A stretch of DNA of 32,000 nt from Crenobacter cavernae. Lineage in GTDB: Bacteria > Pseudomonadota > Gammaproteobacteria > Burkholderiales > Chromobacteriaceae. The DNA is taken from the NCBI RefSeq assembly GCF_003355495.1, contig NZ_CP031337.1, positions 2,200,242 to 2,232,241 of the forward strand. Direction: 5' to 3'. The position numbers and the translations under genes are program-made. Below the pieces are notes generated by a model. It saw nothing but the letters and a program-made list of their open reading frames with translations, was not told the DNA's origin and did no database searches. Of this stretch, positions 16,665 to 24,598 are shown one piece after another; positions within the stretch are counted from its first letter, which is position 1, and each line of letters opens with the position of its first letter.

Positions 16665-17678
16665 ATGTTGCTGAAGAAAATCCCCGTCGCGCTGGCCCTG
16701 GCCGGCCTCGCCTACGCCTCGGCCGCCTGCGCCGATGAACCGTGGTACGCGGGCGGCAAGCTCGGCTGGTCGGAATTCCATGGCATCAAGTACGACAGCA
16801 GCGTGCCGAACCCGCGCAATATCGACAAATCCGGGGTCGGCGCGGGGCTGTTCGTCGGCTACCAGGTCAACGACTGGCTCGGCGTCGAGGGCGGCTACGA
16901 CTACCTCGACAAGCTCGAGTTCGACTTCGACCCGAACAGCCGGGCCGACCTGAAGGCGCAGGGCCTCCAGCTCGCCGCCAAGCTGGGCGCGCCGGTGGCC
17001 GACTCGCTCGACGTCTACGCCCGTCTCGGCGTGATGGCCAGCCGGCTGGGCAGCGCCAGCAAACACGCGACCCGCGCGTCACCGCTGGCCGCGCTCGGCG
17101 TCGAGTACGCGCTTGACCGCAACTGGGCGACCCGTCTCGAGTACCAGTGGACCGGCCGGCTCGGCGACACGAGCGACGTCGGCGCGCGCACCGACAACGG
17201 CCTGTTGTCGCTCGGGCTGCTGTACAAGTTCGGCGGCGCGCCGGCGCCCGCACCGATGCCGGTCGCCACCCCGGCACCCGCCCCGCAGGTGAGGGAGTTC
17301 ACCCTCAGTTCCGATGCGCTGTTCGACTTCAACAAGGCGACGCTCAAGCCGGCCGGCGAGCTGGCGCTGACCGAGCTGGTGCAAGAGATCCGCGCCGAAG
17401 CGTCGACGGACGCCAGCCTCACCATCGTCGGCCACACCGACCGCATCGGTTCCGAGCAGTACAACCTCGACCTGTCGCGCCGCCGCGCGCAGACGGCGGC
17501 CGACTTCCTCGTCGCCCGTGGCGTACCGGCCGGCCAGGTCAGCGTCGAGGGGGCGGGCGAATCGTCGCCGGTCACCGGCAGCCAGTGCGACGGCGTGAAG
17601 CAGCGCGCCGAGCTGATCGCCTGCCTCGCGTCCGACCGCCGCGTGGTGGTCAAGGTCAGCGGGCGCGCCGCGCGCTGA
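16665..17678 (+). CDS. ompA: OmpA-family outer-membrane porin (beta-barrel, Pro/Ala linker, OmpA_C peptidoglycan-binding domain)
   Basis: Signal peptide ending ASAACA. Linker APAPAPMPVATPAPAP. OmpA_C motifs GHTDRIGSEQYNLDLSRRRAQ. AAAGGAG RBS. Confidence 0.9.
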   Translation: MLLKKIPVALALAGLAYASAACADEPWYAGGKLGWSEFHGIKYDSSVPNPRNIDKSGVGAGLFVGYQVNDWLGVEGGYDYLDKLEFDFDPNSRADLKAQGLQLAAKLGAPVADSLDVYARLGVMASRLGSASKHATRASPLAALGVEYALDRNWATRLEYQWTGRLGDTSDVGARTDNGLLSLGLLYKFGGAPAPAPMPVATPAPAPQVREFTLSSDALFDFNKATLKPAGELALTELVQEIRAEASTDASLTIVGHTDRIGSEQYNLDLSRRRAQTAADFLVARGVPAGQVSVEGAGESSPVTGSQCDGVKQRAELIACLASDRRVVVKVSGRAAR

Positions 17679-17698
17679 CCCGTCTCCCCCTCGAGCTC

Positions 17699-17730
17699 AT
17701 CCCCCGCGCCCCAAGCCGGGGGATTTTTTT
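17699..17730 (+). terminator. Rho-independent terminator of ompA
   Basis: ATCCCCCG / CGGGGGAT stem with a 10-nt loop, followed by T7. Confidence 0.85.
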
Positions 17731-17800
17731 GCCCGCGCGCGGCGCCGGCGCTAAGGTGACGTGACCAGGACGGGCGCCGAGCCCCGGACGGGAAGAAAGG

Positions 17801-18442
17801 ATGCAAAGCATGAAACCGACGCCGCAGGATCTCGCCGCGATCGCAGAGCACACGCTGCAGCACTACGACGCGCACGCCGACGCCTTCTGGGCCGGCACGC
17901 GCGACCACGACGTTAGCCAGAACATTTCGGCGCTGCTGTCGGCGATCGAGTCCGAGCCGCCGTTCACGATTCTCGACTTCGGTTGCGGCCCGGGGCGCGA
18001 CCTCAAGACCTTCGCCGACCTCGGTCACACCGCGGTCGGGCTGGACGGCGCCGCGCGCTTCGTCGAGATGGCGCGCGCCTACAGCGGCTGCGCGGTGTGG
18101 CAGCAGGACTTCCTCGCGCTCGACCTGCCCGCTGACCATTTCGACGGCGTGTTCGCCAACGCCGCGCTGTTCCACGTGCCGTGCGAGGCGCTGCCGCGCG
18201 TGCTGTGCGAACTGTTCGCCACCCTCAAGCCCGGCGGCGTGCTGTTCAGCTCCAACCCGCGCGGCCACAACGAGGAAGGCTGGCACGACGACCGCTACGG
18301 CACCTTCCACGACCTTGCCGCGTGGCGCCGCTACATGAACGCGGCCGGTTTCATCGAACTGACCCACTACTACCGCCCGGCGGGCAAGCCGCGCGCCGAA
18401 CAGCCGTGGCTCGCCAGCGTGTGGCGCAGGCCTGCGGCGTGA
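17801..18442 (+). CDS. Class I SAM-dependent methyltransferase
   Basis: Motif I ILDFGCGPGRD, and post-I/II spacing typical of the Methyltransf_11/25 type. Confidence 0.85.
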   Translation: MQSMKPTPQDLAAIAEHTLQHYDAHADAFWAGTRDHDVSQNISALLSAIESEPPFTILDFGCGPGRDLKTFADLGHTAVGLDGAARFVEMARAYSGCAVWQQDFLALDLPADHFDGVFANAALFHVPCEALPRVLCELFATLKPGGVLFSSNPRGHNEEGWHDDRYGTFHDLAAWRRYMNAAGFIELTHYYRPAGKPRAEQPWLASVWRRPAA

Positions 18443-18482
18443 AGCTGGAACGGGGAGGGAAAGAGGTAGGTTGGCCGAGCGG

Positions 18483-18869
18483 TCAGCGCAGCAGCGCGCC
18501 GCGCTCTTCCAGCAATTCGCGCAGCACCGAGCGGTGGCAGCGCGCCTCGTCCTCGCAGTAGCAGCCGAGCGAAAAATCGGTCTGGTGCGACAGCGCGGCC
18601 ACGAGGTCCAGCAGCCGGGCAGCATCCGGCGCCTTCATCTCGGCGCGGAACTTGCGGCCGAACGCCGCCCATGCCTTGTCGCCGTTCGCCGCCTGCGCGT
18701 CCTTTATCAGTTCCGCGCTCGGCGACAGGGCCGGCAGCCACACGTCGTAGAAGTCGCGGCTCGCGAATTCGTCCTTAGGCACGCCGCGCGGCGGACGCCG
18801 CACCGTGCCCAGGCGCAGCCCTTCGCCCGCCGCGCGCGGGCTGCCCAGCCGCACGATCCTGATCGCCAT
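18483..18869 (-). CDS. DUF488 (YeaO-like) protein
   Basis: IVRLG.P...G.R.GTVRRPPRG and the C-terminal LGCYCEDEARCHRSVLRELL are characteristic of DUF488. Confidence 0.85.
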   Translation of the reverse strand: MAIRIVRLGSPRAAGEGLRLGTVRRPPRGVPKDEFASRDFYDVWLPALSPSAELIKDAQAANGDKAWAAFGRKFRAEMKAPDAARLLDLVAALSHQTDFSLGCYCEDEARCHRSVLRELLEERGALLR

Positions 18870-19016
18870 CGGTTTTCCCTCGTTCAGGTGTCCGAGCCGC
18901 TCATTCGTCTTTACCCGACACCGGGTGCTGATCGCGATCCAAGCACCGGAAAAACCTGCCGTCCGCCCGACGGCGTCGGCCCGGCAAGCTTGGCCGAGGT
19001 CCCCAGCGGGCGCGGG

Positions 19017-19445
19017 TCAATCGGTCCAGCGCGTGCCGCAGCGCGAACAGGTGTGCCGGCCGTGGCGCAGCGGGAAGATCACCTCGGCGAGGCCGAAGCT
19101 CAGCAAGGCCAGTCCCACCATGGTCCGCGACGGGGCGCTGGAAAACTCGCGCGAACCGCAGACCGGGCAGGCGGCGCGTTCGGCCTCGTCCGCTTCGGTA
19201 CCTTCGAGCGCCGTCTCGAACTCGCCCGCGTTGACCGCGTCGAGAATCGCCGCCGCCCGCGCCGCGTTGTACTCGGCCACTTGTACTTTCACGCCGCCCA
19301 GCGCGTTCGACAGCATCCAGTTCGCCGCGACATGGTGCTCGTGCACCACCCACGCCGCCACGCCCTCGGCCTCCAGCCGCCCGCGCGCCAGATGCGCTTC
19401 GAACGGCGTGGAAAACGCGGCGATGGTGATGCGTTTGTCGTTCAT
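19017..19445 (-). CDS. DUF2007-domain protein with a C-terminal zinc-ribbon/TM segment
   Basis: FSTPFEAHLARGRLEAEGVAAWVVHEH (DUF2007-like), then CPVCGS...TM...CSRCGT. The ATG at 19445 is preferred over the ORF-track start. Confidence 0.75.
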   Translation of the reverse strand: MNDKRITIAAFSTPFEAHLARGRLEAEGVAAWVVHEHHVAANWMLSNALGGVKVQVAEYNAARAAAILDAVNAGEFETALEGTEADEAERAACPVCGSREFSSAPSRTMVGLALLSFGLAEVIFPLRHGRHTCSRCGTRWTD

Positions 19446-19654
19446 CTTGTGTTTGCCCGGTTCGGAAACCTGTCTTGAGTGTAGCCAAGCGGGCGGAGGC
19501 TGACGGGGAGGGCGTAGGGCGGATGCCCCGCAGGGGCGATCCGTCACTTGGCTGTATGGGGTGGTGGAATCCCCGGCTGGCGCCGGGGGTGTCCGCCTTA
19601 CCATGATGCGCGGCGTAACCCGTAAGGTGGATTCACGAAGCATTCGAATAGCGC

Positions 19655-19680
19655 ATGCCGCCCGCCTTCGCGGGCGGCAT
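19655..19680. repeat. GC-rich hairpin ATGCCGCCCGC-CTTC-GCGGGCGGCAT (second hairpin family)
   Basis: 11-bp perfect stem. It shares the GCCGCCCGC arm with 14923-14948 and lies downstream (minus sense) of the lipoprotein operon. Confidence 0.55.
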
Positions 19681-19727
19681 CAATGGGGGGCGGGCTGGCG
19701 CGAAGCTCCAAACCCGCCCTGTGATGG

Positions 19728-20390
19728 TCAGTCCTTGCCGTAATGCGGTGAACTCGGGCCGTACAGCATGCCGTTCGGGCGCCCCGCCGTCAGCAGACGC
19801 TGGCTGGTGATGCCGGCATAGCTATGACTTTGCTCGGTCAGAGAATTGGTGATCTGCTTAATCACCGCTACCACCAGCATGCCCACTAGGCCGCCACCGG
19901 AGTTGTTTTGGTTTTCCGCACTGGATGCCACGGCACTGCCTTGCCACAGCAGGCTGCCACTTTGCAAGTCTACCAGCTTGGCGTCAGCGGCCACGGTTAC
20001 CTCGCTGCTGAGGATGGTGTAGGTGGAACCATACTCTTTCACGTCCACGTATAGCGCAGCGTCGGCACCGAAGATGTCGCGCAGCTTAGCCGGTGCCACC
20101 GTGTGTATTTCGCCTGGGTTGTTTAGGCCGTTCTGCTTGAACGTTTCGTCTACCAGCGTCACGGGTAGTACGTAGTAGCCGGATTCGGCCAGCGGGTGGG
20201 TCATCTGCGACAGCATGCTATAAGTCGCTTTGACTTCAGGCGAGCTATTCTGCGGCGGCAGAATGAGTACCGACTTGGGGCGGCTTTGTTTGAATGCCGT
20301 GTAATCGTAAGGCTGGGGGGTGGCGCAACCGCTCGCCAGTGCGGCGACTAGCGCTGCGACAGCAGCCCCTTTCAGTGTGGAAAAGCGCAT
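19728..20390 (-). CDS. DUF799 (GNA1162-type) lipoprotein
   Basis: Lipobox LASGC. SVLILPPQN...YYVLPV...ADAALYVDVKEYG...V.LVD..SG..LW matches my memory of the DUF799 family. Confidence 0.8.
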   Translation of the reverse strand: MRFSTLKGAAVAALVAALASGCATPQPYDYTAFKQSRPKSVLILPPQNSSPEVKATYSMLSQMTHPLAESGYYVLPVTLVDETFKQNGLNNPGEIHTVAPAKLRDIFGADAALYVDVKEYGSTYTILSSEVTVAADAKLVDLQSGSLLWQGSAVASSAENQNNSGGGLVGMLVVAVIKQITNSLTEQSHSYAGITSQRLLTAGRPNGMLYGPSSPHYGKD

Positions 20391-20399
20391 GAATGCCTC

Positions 20400-20765
20400 T
20401 TATTTCTTGAATTTGCGCAGCAGAAAATCCATGTAGGAGGACGATTCTGGAAATAGCGTCTTCTCAGTTTCGAACTGCTGTTTCACCTGATCTTCCTTGC
20501 CCGCCTTGATGTACAACAGGCCAAGATGCGCGTGGTAACCCGGCGGCAGGGACTCCCCGTTGGCTCGAACTTTCTGCAGGTTTTCTTCCAGCGTGGCAAT
20601 CTGTTCCTCGTGGCCCTTGCCGTCCCCCTTGAAATATTCGTACACCTGCGGCTGGTAATTGCCCCAGTGGTACAAGGGTTTGGGCCGATTGGCGCAACCG
20701 GTCAGCATGGCGGCACCCAGCAGCCCCACACCAATACAAAGATGTTTCAACAAACCAGATTTCAT
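20400..20765 (-). CDS. DUF4810-type small lipoprotein
   Basis: Lipobox MLTGC; 121 aa. LYHWGNYQPQVYEYF...PGYHAHLGLLY has TPR-like helical character. It sits between the CsgG-like and DUF799 genes, as in the conserved three-gene cluster. Confidence 0.75.
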   Translation of the reverse strand: MKSGLLKHLCIGVGLLGAAMLTGCANRPKPLYHWGNYQPQVYEYFKGDGKGHEEQIATLEENLQKVRANGESLPPGYHAHLGLLYIKAGKEDQVKQQFETEKTLFPESSSYMDFLLRKFKK

Positions 20766-20792
20766 GGATAACTTCCGATTCGCAAAAAGATA

Positions 20793-21461
20793 TTAGGCAG
20801 GGCGCCAGGCACCGGACTCGACGCCATTCACCAGGTTGTTCACCGCCTCGCGGATCGCCAGATCTAGCACCTTGCCGTTCAAGGTGGAGTCGTAGCTTGC
20901 TCTGCCGCCGAAGCCGATGATTTCACGGTTGGACAGGCTGTACTCCCCCGCGCCCTGCGCCGAGTACACCACTTCGGATGTCTGCACGTTGACGATATTG
21001 AGGTTCACCTTGGCGTACGCTACCTGCGACTTGCCGCGCCCCAGGATGCCGAACAGCTGGCGATCGCCCACTTCCTTGCGGCCGAATTCGGTCACGTCAC
21101 CGGTTACCACGTAGTCGGCGCCCTTCAGCTTCTGCGCCTGCTTTTTCAGGCCTGCTTCCTGACTGATCTCGGCCATATTGTCGCGATCCAGTACGTTGAA
21201 ACGACCGGTCTGTTGCAGATGGGTAACCAGGATGGTTTTGGCCTGTCCGCCCAGACGGTCCGCCCCGTCCGAGAAAATGCCGCGCATATAGCTGGAGCGG
21301 TTATCGAACTTGCCCACCGCGATCGGGCTGCGTAGCCCCATGTAAGGCACGCCGGCAGAAGCGACCTTGGCAACCTCCAGGGGGCGAGACTGCTCAGTAG
21401 CACAACCGCCCAACGCCGCCAGTACCGCCAGCACTGCCAGCGAGGAGAAAGGAGTCTTCAT
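20793..21461 (-). CDS. CsgG/HfaB-family outer-membrane lipoprotein (curli-type secretion channel homologue)
   Basis: Lipobox LGGC. IAVGKFDNRS, LVTHLQQTGRFNVLDRDNM and ADYVVTGDVTEFG are CsgG-family signatures. Confidence 0.8.
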   Translation of the reverse strand: MKTPFSSLAVLAVLAALGGCATEQSRPLEVAKVASAGVPYMGLRSPIAVGKFDNRSSYMRGIFSDGADRLGGQAKTILVTHLQQTGRFNVLDRDNMAEISQEAGLKKQAQKLKGADYVVTGDVTEFGRKEVGDRQLFGILGRGKSQVAYAKVNLNIVNVQTSEVVYSAQGAGEYSLSNREIIGFGGRASYDSTLNGKVLDLAIREAVNNLVNGVESGAWRPA

Positions 21462-21490
21462 AGATCTTCCTTGGGATTACGATAAGAAAA

Positions 21491-21510
21491 AATGAAATTT
21501 AAAATTCATT
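21491..21510. promoter_or_regulatory. AT-rich near-palindrome upstream of the lipoprotein operon (possible operator)
   Basis: AATGAAATTT / AAAATTCATT gives 9 of 10 inverted matches, 30 nt upstream of the CsgG-like ATG. Confidence 0.25.
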
Positions 21511-21671
21511 TGGCAAGACCATTATCATAACAGGGATGACCGCCTGGATGCTTGCTGCCAGCACAAAACGCTACATGCCATGCTCGGGGCTCTTTGGCCT
21601 CCAGGTCGCCCTCAGCAAGCAGGGCGCAATAAGGCGCAGCCGCATTGCGCCGAACCCATCACCCTCCAAGC

Positions 21672-21698
21672 TTGGCCGAGCCCGGACAGCTCGGCCAA
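21672..21698. repeat. REP-like palindrome, inside-out arrangement (TTGGCCGAGC-N7-GCTCGGCCAA)
   Basis: 10-bp perfect arms with a 7-nt loop. Confidence 0.8.
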
Positions 21699-21789
21699 CC
21701 ACGCCGATTGCCGGAATCGCCGGCGCGCCCTTGGCCTAAGATCAGAAGCGGGGACGCAGCGCGCGTCCGCTCTCGACGGGGAGGCTTCC

Positions 21790-22032
21790 ATGGACCTTGC
21801 CACGCTGCGCGACTTTTTCTTCTGGTGCTCGGTGATCAATTACGGCGTGCTGGTCGTGTGGTTCCTGCTCTTCCTGTTGATGCGCGGCTGGTTGTACCGA
21901 TGCTGGGAGCGCGGCTTCGGGCTGTCGTTGCGCGACAGCGCGCGGCTGAATTTCGGCGGCATGCTGCTGTTCAAGCTCGGCGTGCTGCTGTTCAACCTGG
22001 TGCCCTACGTGGCGCTGCGCATCATCGGCTGA
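21790..22032 (+). CDS. Small two-TM membrane protein (80 aa; DUF6868-like by resemblance)
   Basis: GGGGAGG RBS 5-6 nt upstream. Two hydrophobic helices (VINYGVLVVWFLLFLL and MLLFKLGVLLFNLV). Confidence 0.6.
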   Translation: MDLATLRDFFFWCSVINYGVLVVWFLLFLLMRGWLYRCWERGFGLSLRDSARLNFGGMLLFKLGVLLFNLVPYVALRIIG

Positions 22033-22146
22033 GCGCGCCTTGCAAGCCGTAAGATCGAAGCGGCCGCTCGATGCCGCGCACGATTCGGCCAACCCTACCG
22101 GCCGTCCGGTGCTCATCCGGGCGGGCCGACCCTATCAGGAGACGTC

Positions 22147-22494
22147 ATGCTTTACCGGGGCAGCTGCCACTGCGGCAGGATCGCTTACGAAGTCGAGGGC
22201 GAGATCGACGGGGTGATCGAGTGCAACTGTTCGACCTGCCGGCGCAAGGGTTATCTGCTGTGGTTCGTGCCGCGCGATGCGTTGAGGCTCTCGACGCCCG
22301 AGGCCGACATGGCGACCTATACCTTCAACAAGCACGTGATCAAGCACCGCTTCTGCCCGAACTGCGGCTGCTCGCCGTTCGGCGAGGGGCGCGATCCTTC
22401 CGGCGAGGCGATGGCGGCGATCAACGTGCGCTGTCTGGAAGGTGTCGAACCGGCCGATCTTACGGTGATGCCGTACGACGGGCGCAGCGCTTGA
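22147..22494 (+). CDS. GFA-family (glutathione-dependent formaldehyde-activating/CENP-V-like) zinc protein
   Basis: GSCHCGRI, ECNCSTCRRKG and FCPNCG cysteine motifs. AGGAGA RBS. Confidence 0.9.
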   Translation: MLYRGSCHCGRIAYEVEGEIDGVIECNCSTCRRKGYLLWFVPRDALRLSTPEADMATYTFNKHVIKHRFCPNCGCSPFGEGRDPSGEAMAAINVRCLEGVEPADLTVMPYDGRSA

Positions 22495-22567
22495 GGCCTT
22501 AAACGGCCGGCTATTCAGCACGACGCCCAGGCGAGGCCTGCACGCCGCGCGACATGGGTGAACGATA

Positions 22568-22960
22568 ATGAACACGAAGACTGCGGCGGCCTGCGCCGCT
22601 TTGCTATTGGCGGTCGGTGGCTGCGCCAGCCACTGGACCGCACCCGAGGTCGACGGAGTGGTGTACGACCAGCGCACCGGCAGGCCGCTGGCCGGCGTCG
22701 AGGTCTACCGCCAGCTCGGCCGCTACCAGCAGGAGGGGGTCGGCTCCACCGGTCTCGACGGCCGTTTCATCATCGGCCCCGACCGTTCGTTGAGGCTGAT
22801 GATGCCGTTCGCCGACCCGCACTATTTCGGCCGCTACCTGTTCATGAAGGATGGCTACGCGACGCTGTCGATCCCGTTCGGCCTGAACAACGGCAGCGCG
22901 ACCTCGAGCCGTCCGCCGGGCATGGGCACGCAGCGCATCGAGCTGGAGCCGGAGCGCTAA
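22568..22960 (+). CDS. Hypothetical lipoprotein with a carboxypeptidase-regulatory-like beta-sandwich segment
   Basis: Lipobox LAVGGC. VDGVVYDQRTGRPLAGVEVY...TGLDGRFII resembles CarboxypepD_reg repeats. Confidence 0.65.
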   Translation: MNTKTAAACAALLLAVGGCASHWTAPEVDGVVYDQRTGRPLAGVEVYRQLGRYQQEGVGSTGLDGRFIIGPDRSLRLMMPFADPHYFGRYLFMKDGYATLSIPFGLNNGSATSSRPPGMGTQRIELEPER

Positions 22961-22971
22961 GACGGAGATGG

Positions 22972-23012
22972 AAAAAGCTCGGCCAACCTTTTTGGGGTTG
23001 GCCGGGCTTTTT
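22972..23012. terminator. REP-like palindrome flanked by A5 and T5, forming a bidirectional terminator
   Basis: AAAAA-GCTCGGCCAACC-TTTTTGG-GGTTGGCCGGGC-TTTTT (one G-U position), between convergent genes. Confidence 0.8.
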
Positions 23013-23027
23013 ATCGGGATGTGGATT

Positions 23028-23975
23028 TCAGCGTTTCGGAGCCGGCGCGGCGGTGCGCGCCGAGCGGACCTTGTTGAGCGTCGCGCGCGCGGCGTCGCGC
23101 CACGGGCCGTCGGCGTCCGCCACCGGCGCGACCAGCGCTTCGGCCTCGTCGAGCCGGCCGCGCTCTAGGAGCAGGTTGGCAAGGTTGTTCGCGATCACCG
23201 GATGGGCCGGATGGCGGAGCAGCGCCGCACGCAGCGTCGCTTCGGCGGCGGGCAGGTCGCGCTCTACGTACTGGCTGCCGGCGAGGCCGACAGCTAGCGT
23301 CGCGTTATCCGAAAAGCGCGCGAGCGCCGCGTCGAAGCCGCGCGCCGCGTCGGCCGGCGAGGCGAGGCGAGCGAAGGCGACCAGGCCTGCTGCGACCCGA
23401 TCCGCGTCGCTCGTCGCCGGCAGCCGGCCGGGCGGCAGCGCGACGAAGGCCCAGTGCTCGCTGCGCGCCCAGGTGTGTTCGAAGGTGTTGAACGGCATCG
23501 CCATGCGCCGCTCGGTGCCCGAGCGCAGGATCAGCTCCTTTTTGGCGAGGTCGAAACCGACCGCGACCGCGTAGTGCCACGACGGCGCCCACGACAGCCC
23601 CATGTTCTGCATCACCAGCACCGGGTGGCCGGCGGCCAGCTCGGTCAACAGCGCGTCGAGGCGCGCCGGGATGCGCGTGGCGACCAGGCCGTGGCGCGGC
23701 ACGGCGGCCAGCATCTCGATCTGCAGGCTGCCACGGCGCGCCGGCAGGAACACCTGGTCGACCAGCGCCTCGGGCGTGACCGGGCGGCCGGCGGCGACAA
23801 GCACCGTCGCCAGCGCCGCCGGCCCGCACTGGTAGTCCTGCTGCGGGAAGAATGGCGTCGCGGTGAGTTCGGTGCGCGGCGGCACGCCTTGCAGCGCATC
23901 GAGCGTCTTGAGCCCCGGCGTGGCGCAGCCGGCGAGCGTCAGGGTCAGCAGCAGGGCGCAGGCGGCGCGGCGCAT
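23028..23975 (-). CDS. PA2778-family cysteine peptidase lipoprotein (C39-like peptidase domain plus TPR)
   Basis: Lipobox LTLAGC. Catalytic-Cys context QQDYQCGPAALATVL, then ...WHYAVAVG, and C-terminal TPR-like repeats. The long N-terminal extension in the ORF track (to 24977) is rejected. Confidence 0.8.
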   Translation of the reverse strand: MRRAACALLLTLTLAGCATPGLKTLDALQGVPPRTELTATPFFPQQDYQCGPAALATVLVAAGRPVTPEALVDQVFLPARRGSLQIEMLAAVPRHGLVATRIPARLDALLTELAAGHPVLVMQNMGLSWAPSWHYAVAVGFDLAKKELILRSGTERRMAMPFNTFEHTWARSEHWAFVALPPGRLPATSDADRVAAGLVAFARLASPADAARGFDAALARFSDNATLAVGLAGSQYVERDLPAAEATLRAALLRHPAHPVIANNLANLLLERGRLDEAEALVAPVADADGPWRDAARATLNKVRSARTAAPAPKR

Positions 23976-24370
23976 CAGCGGATAGAGCGGGTGAACGGGA
24001 ACACCTTGGTGAGACCCAAGATGTCGGTCAACAGCAGCACGAAGAACACCAGCAGGATGGCGCCGATGATGCCGCCGGCCGGCGCCTGGTCGACCTTCTC
24101 GGCCAGCAGCCTGGCGTCGGCGTCCGACAGCGCGGCGACGCGGTCGCGCGCCTGATCGGGCGACACGCCTTGGCGTTCGAGTTCGGCGACCACGTCGGCG
24201 CGCGACAGCGCCTCGAACACGCGCGCACGCGCGGCGTCGCCTTCGGCGGAGCGTTCGGCCTGCTGCATCTGTTCGACGCCGATCATCGCCGCCTGCGCGG
24301 TCTGGGTGAAGCCGGCGAGCGGCAGGGTGACGACGAGCGCGGCGGTGGCCAGCGGTTTGGCGAGTTTCAT
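23975..24370 (-). CDS. PA2779-family protein (signal peptide, helical region, PAGG motif, C-terminal TM)
   Basis: MKLAKPLATAALVVTLPLAG...A, then GVSPDQARDRVAALSDADARLLAEKVDQAPAGG followed by a TM helix. Its stop overlaps the downstream ATG (TGATG). Confidence 0.75.
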   Translation of the reverse strand: MKLAKPLATAALVVTLPLAGFTQTAQAAMIGVEQMQQAERSAEGDAARARVFEALSRADVVAELERQGVSPDQARDRVAALSDADARLLAEKVDQAPAGGIIGAILLVFFVLLLTDILGLTKVFPFTRSIR

Positions 24371-24521
24371 GGCGTTGTTCCTTATGCGGGTGGAGCCGGG
24401 CGCGGGAAGGCGGATGGCCGGAGACTGGCGATGCGCGCCGCGTCGGGTTCTGATTGATTTGTAAACGAATTTGGCCGGCGCCGCGCCCGGCGAAGCCATT
24501 CACTACGGGGGGGGCGGCATG

Positions 24522-24560
24522 AAAAAAGCTCGGCCAACCTTGTCGAAAGGTTGGCCGAGC
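24522..24560 (-). terminator. REP-like palindrome (14-bp arms) with U6 on the minus strand; terminator of the phosphatase gene
   Basis: AAAAAA-GCTCGGCCAACCTT-GTCGA-AAGGTTGGCCGAGC, 38 nt downstream of the stop at 24599. Confidence 0.8.
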
Positions 24561-24598
24561 CGGGTGTGCGATGACCGATCGTTGGCCGCGGCCGGGCT

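Noticed and set aside
19728-21461. A curli (csg) or holdfast locus.
   Set aside because: Only the CsgG-like component is present. No CsgA/B amyloid subunits, CsgE/F or HfaA/D-like genes occur in the window.
19446-21790. A classical genomic island or prophage remnant around the lower-GC lipoprotein operon.
   Set aside because: I could find no integrase, transposase, tRNA target or flanking direct repeats. Only the compositional difference is reported.
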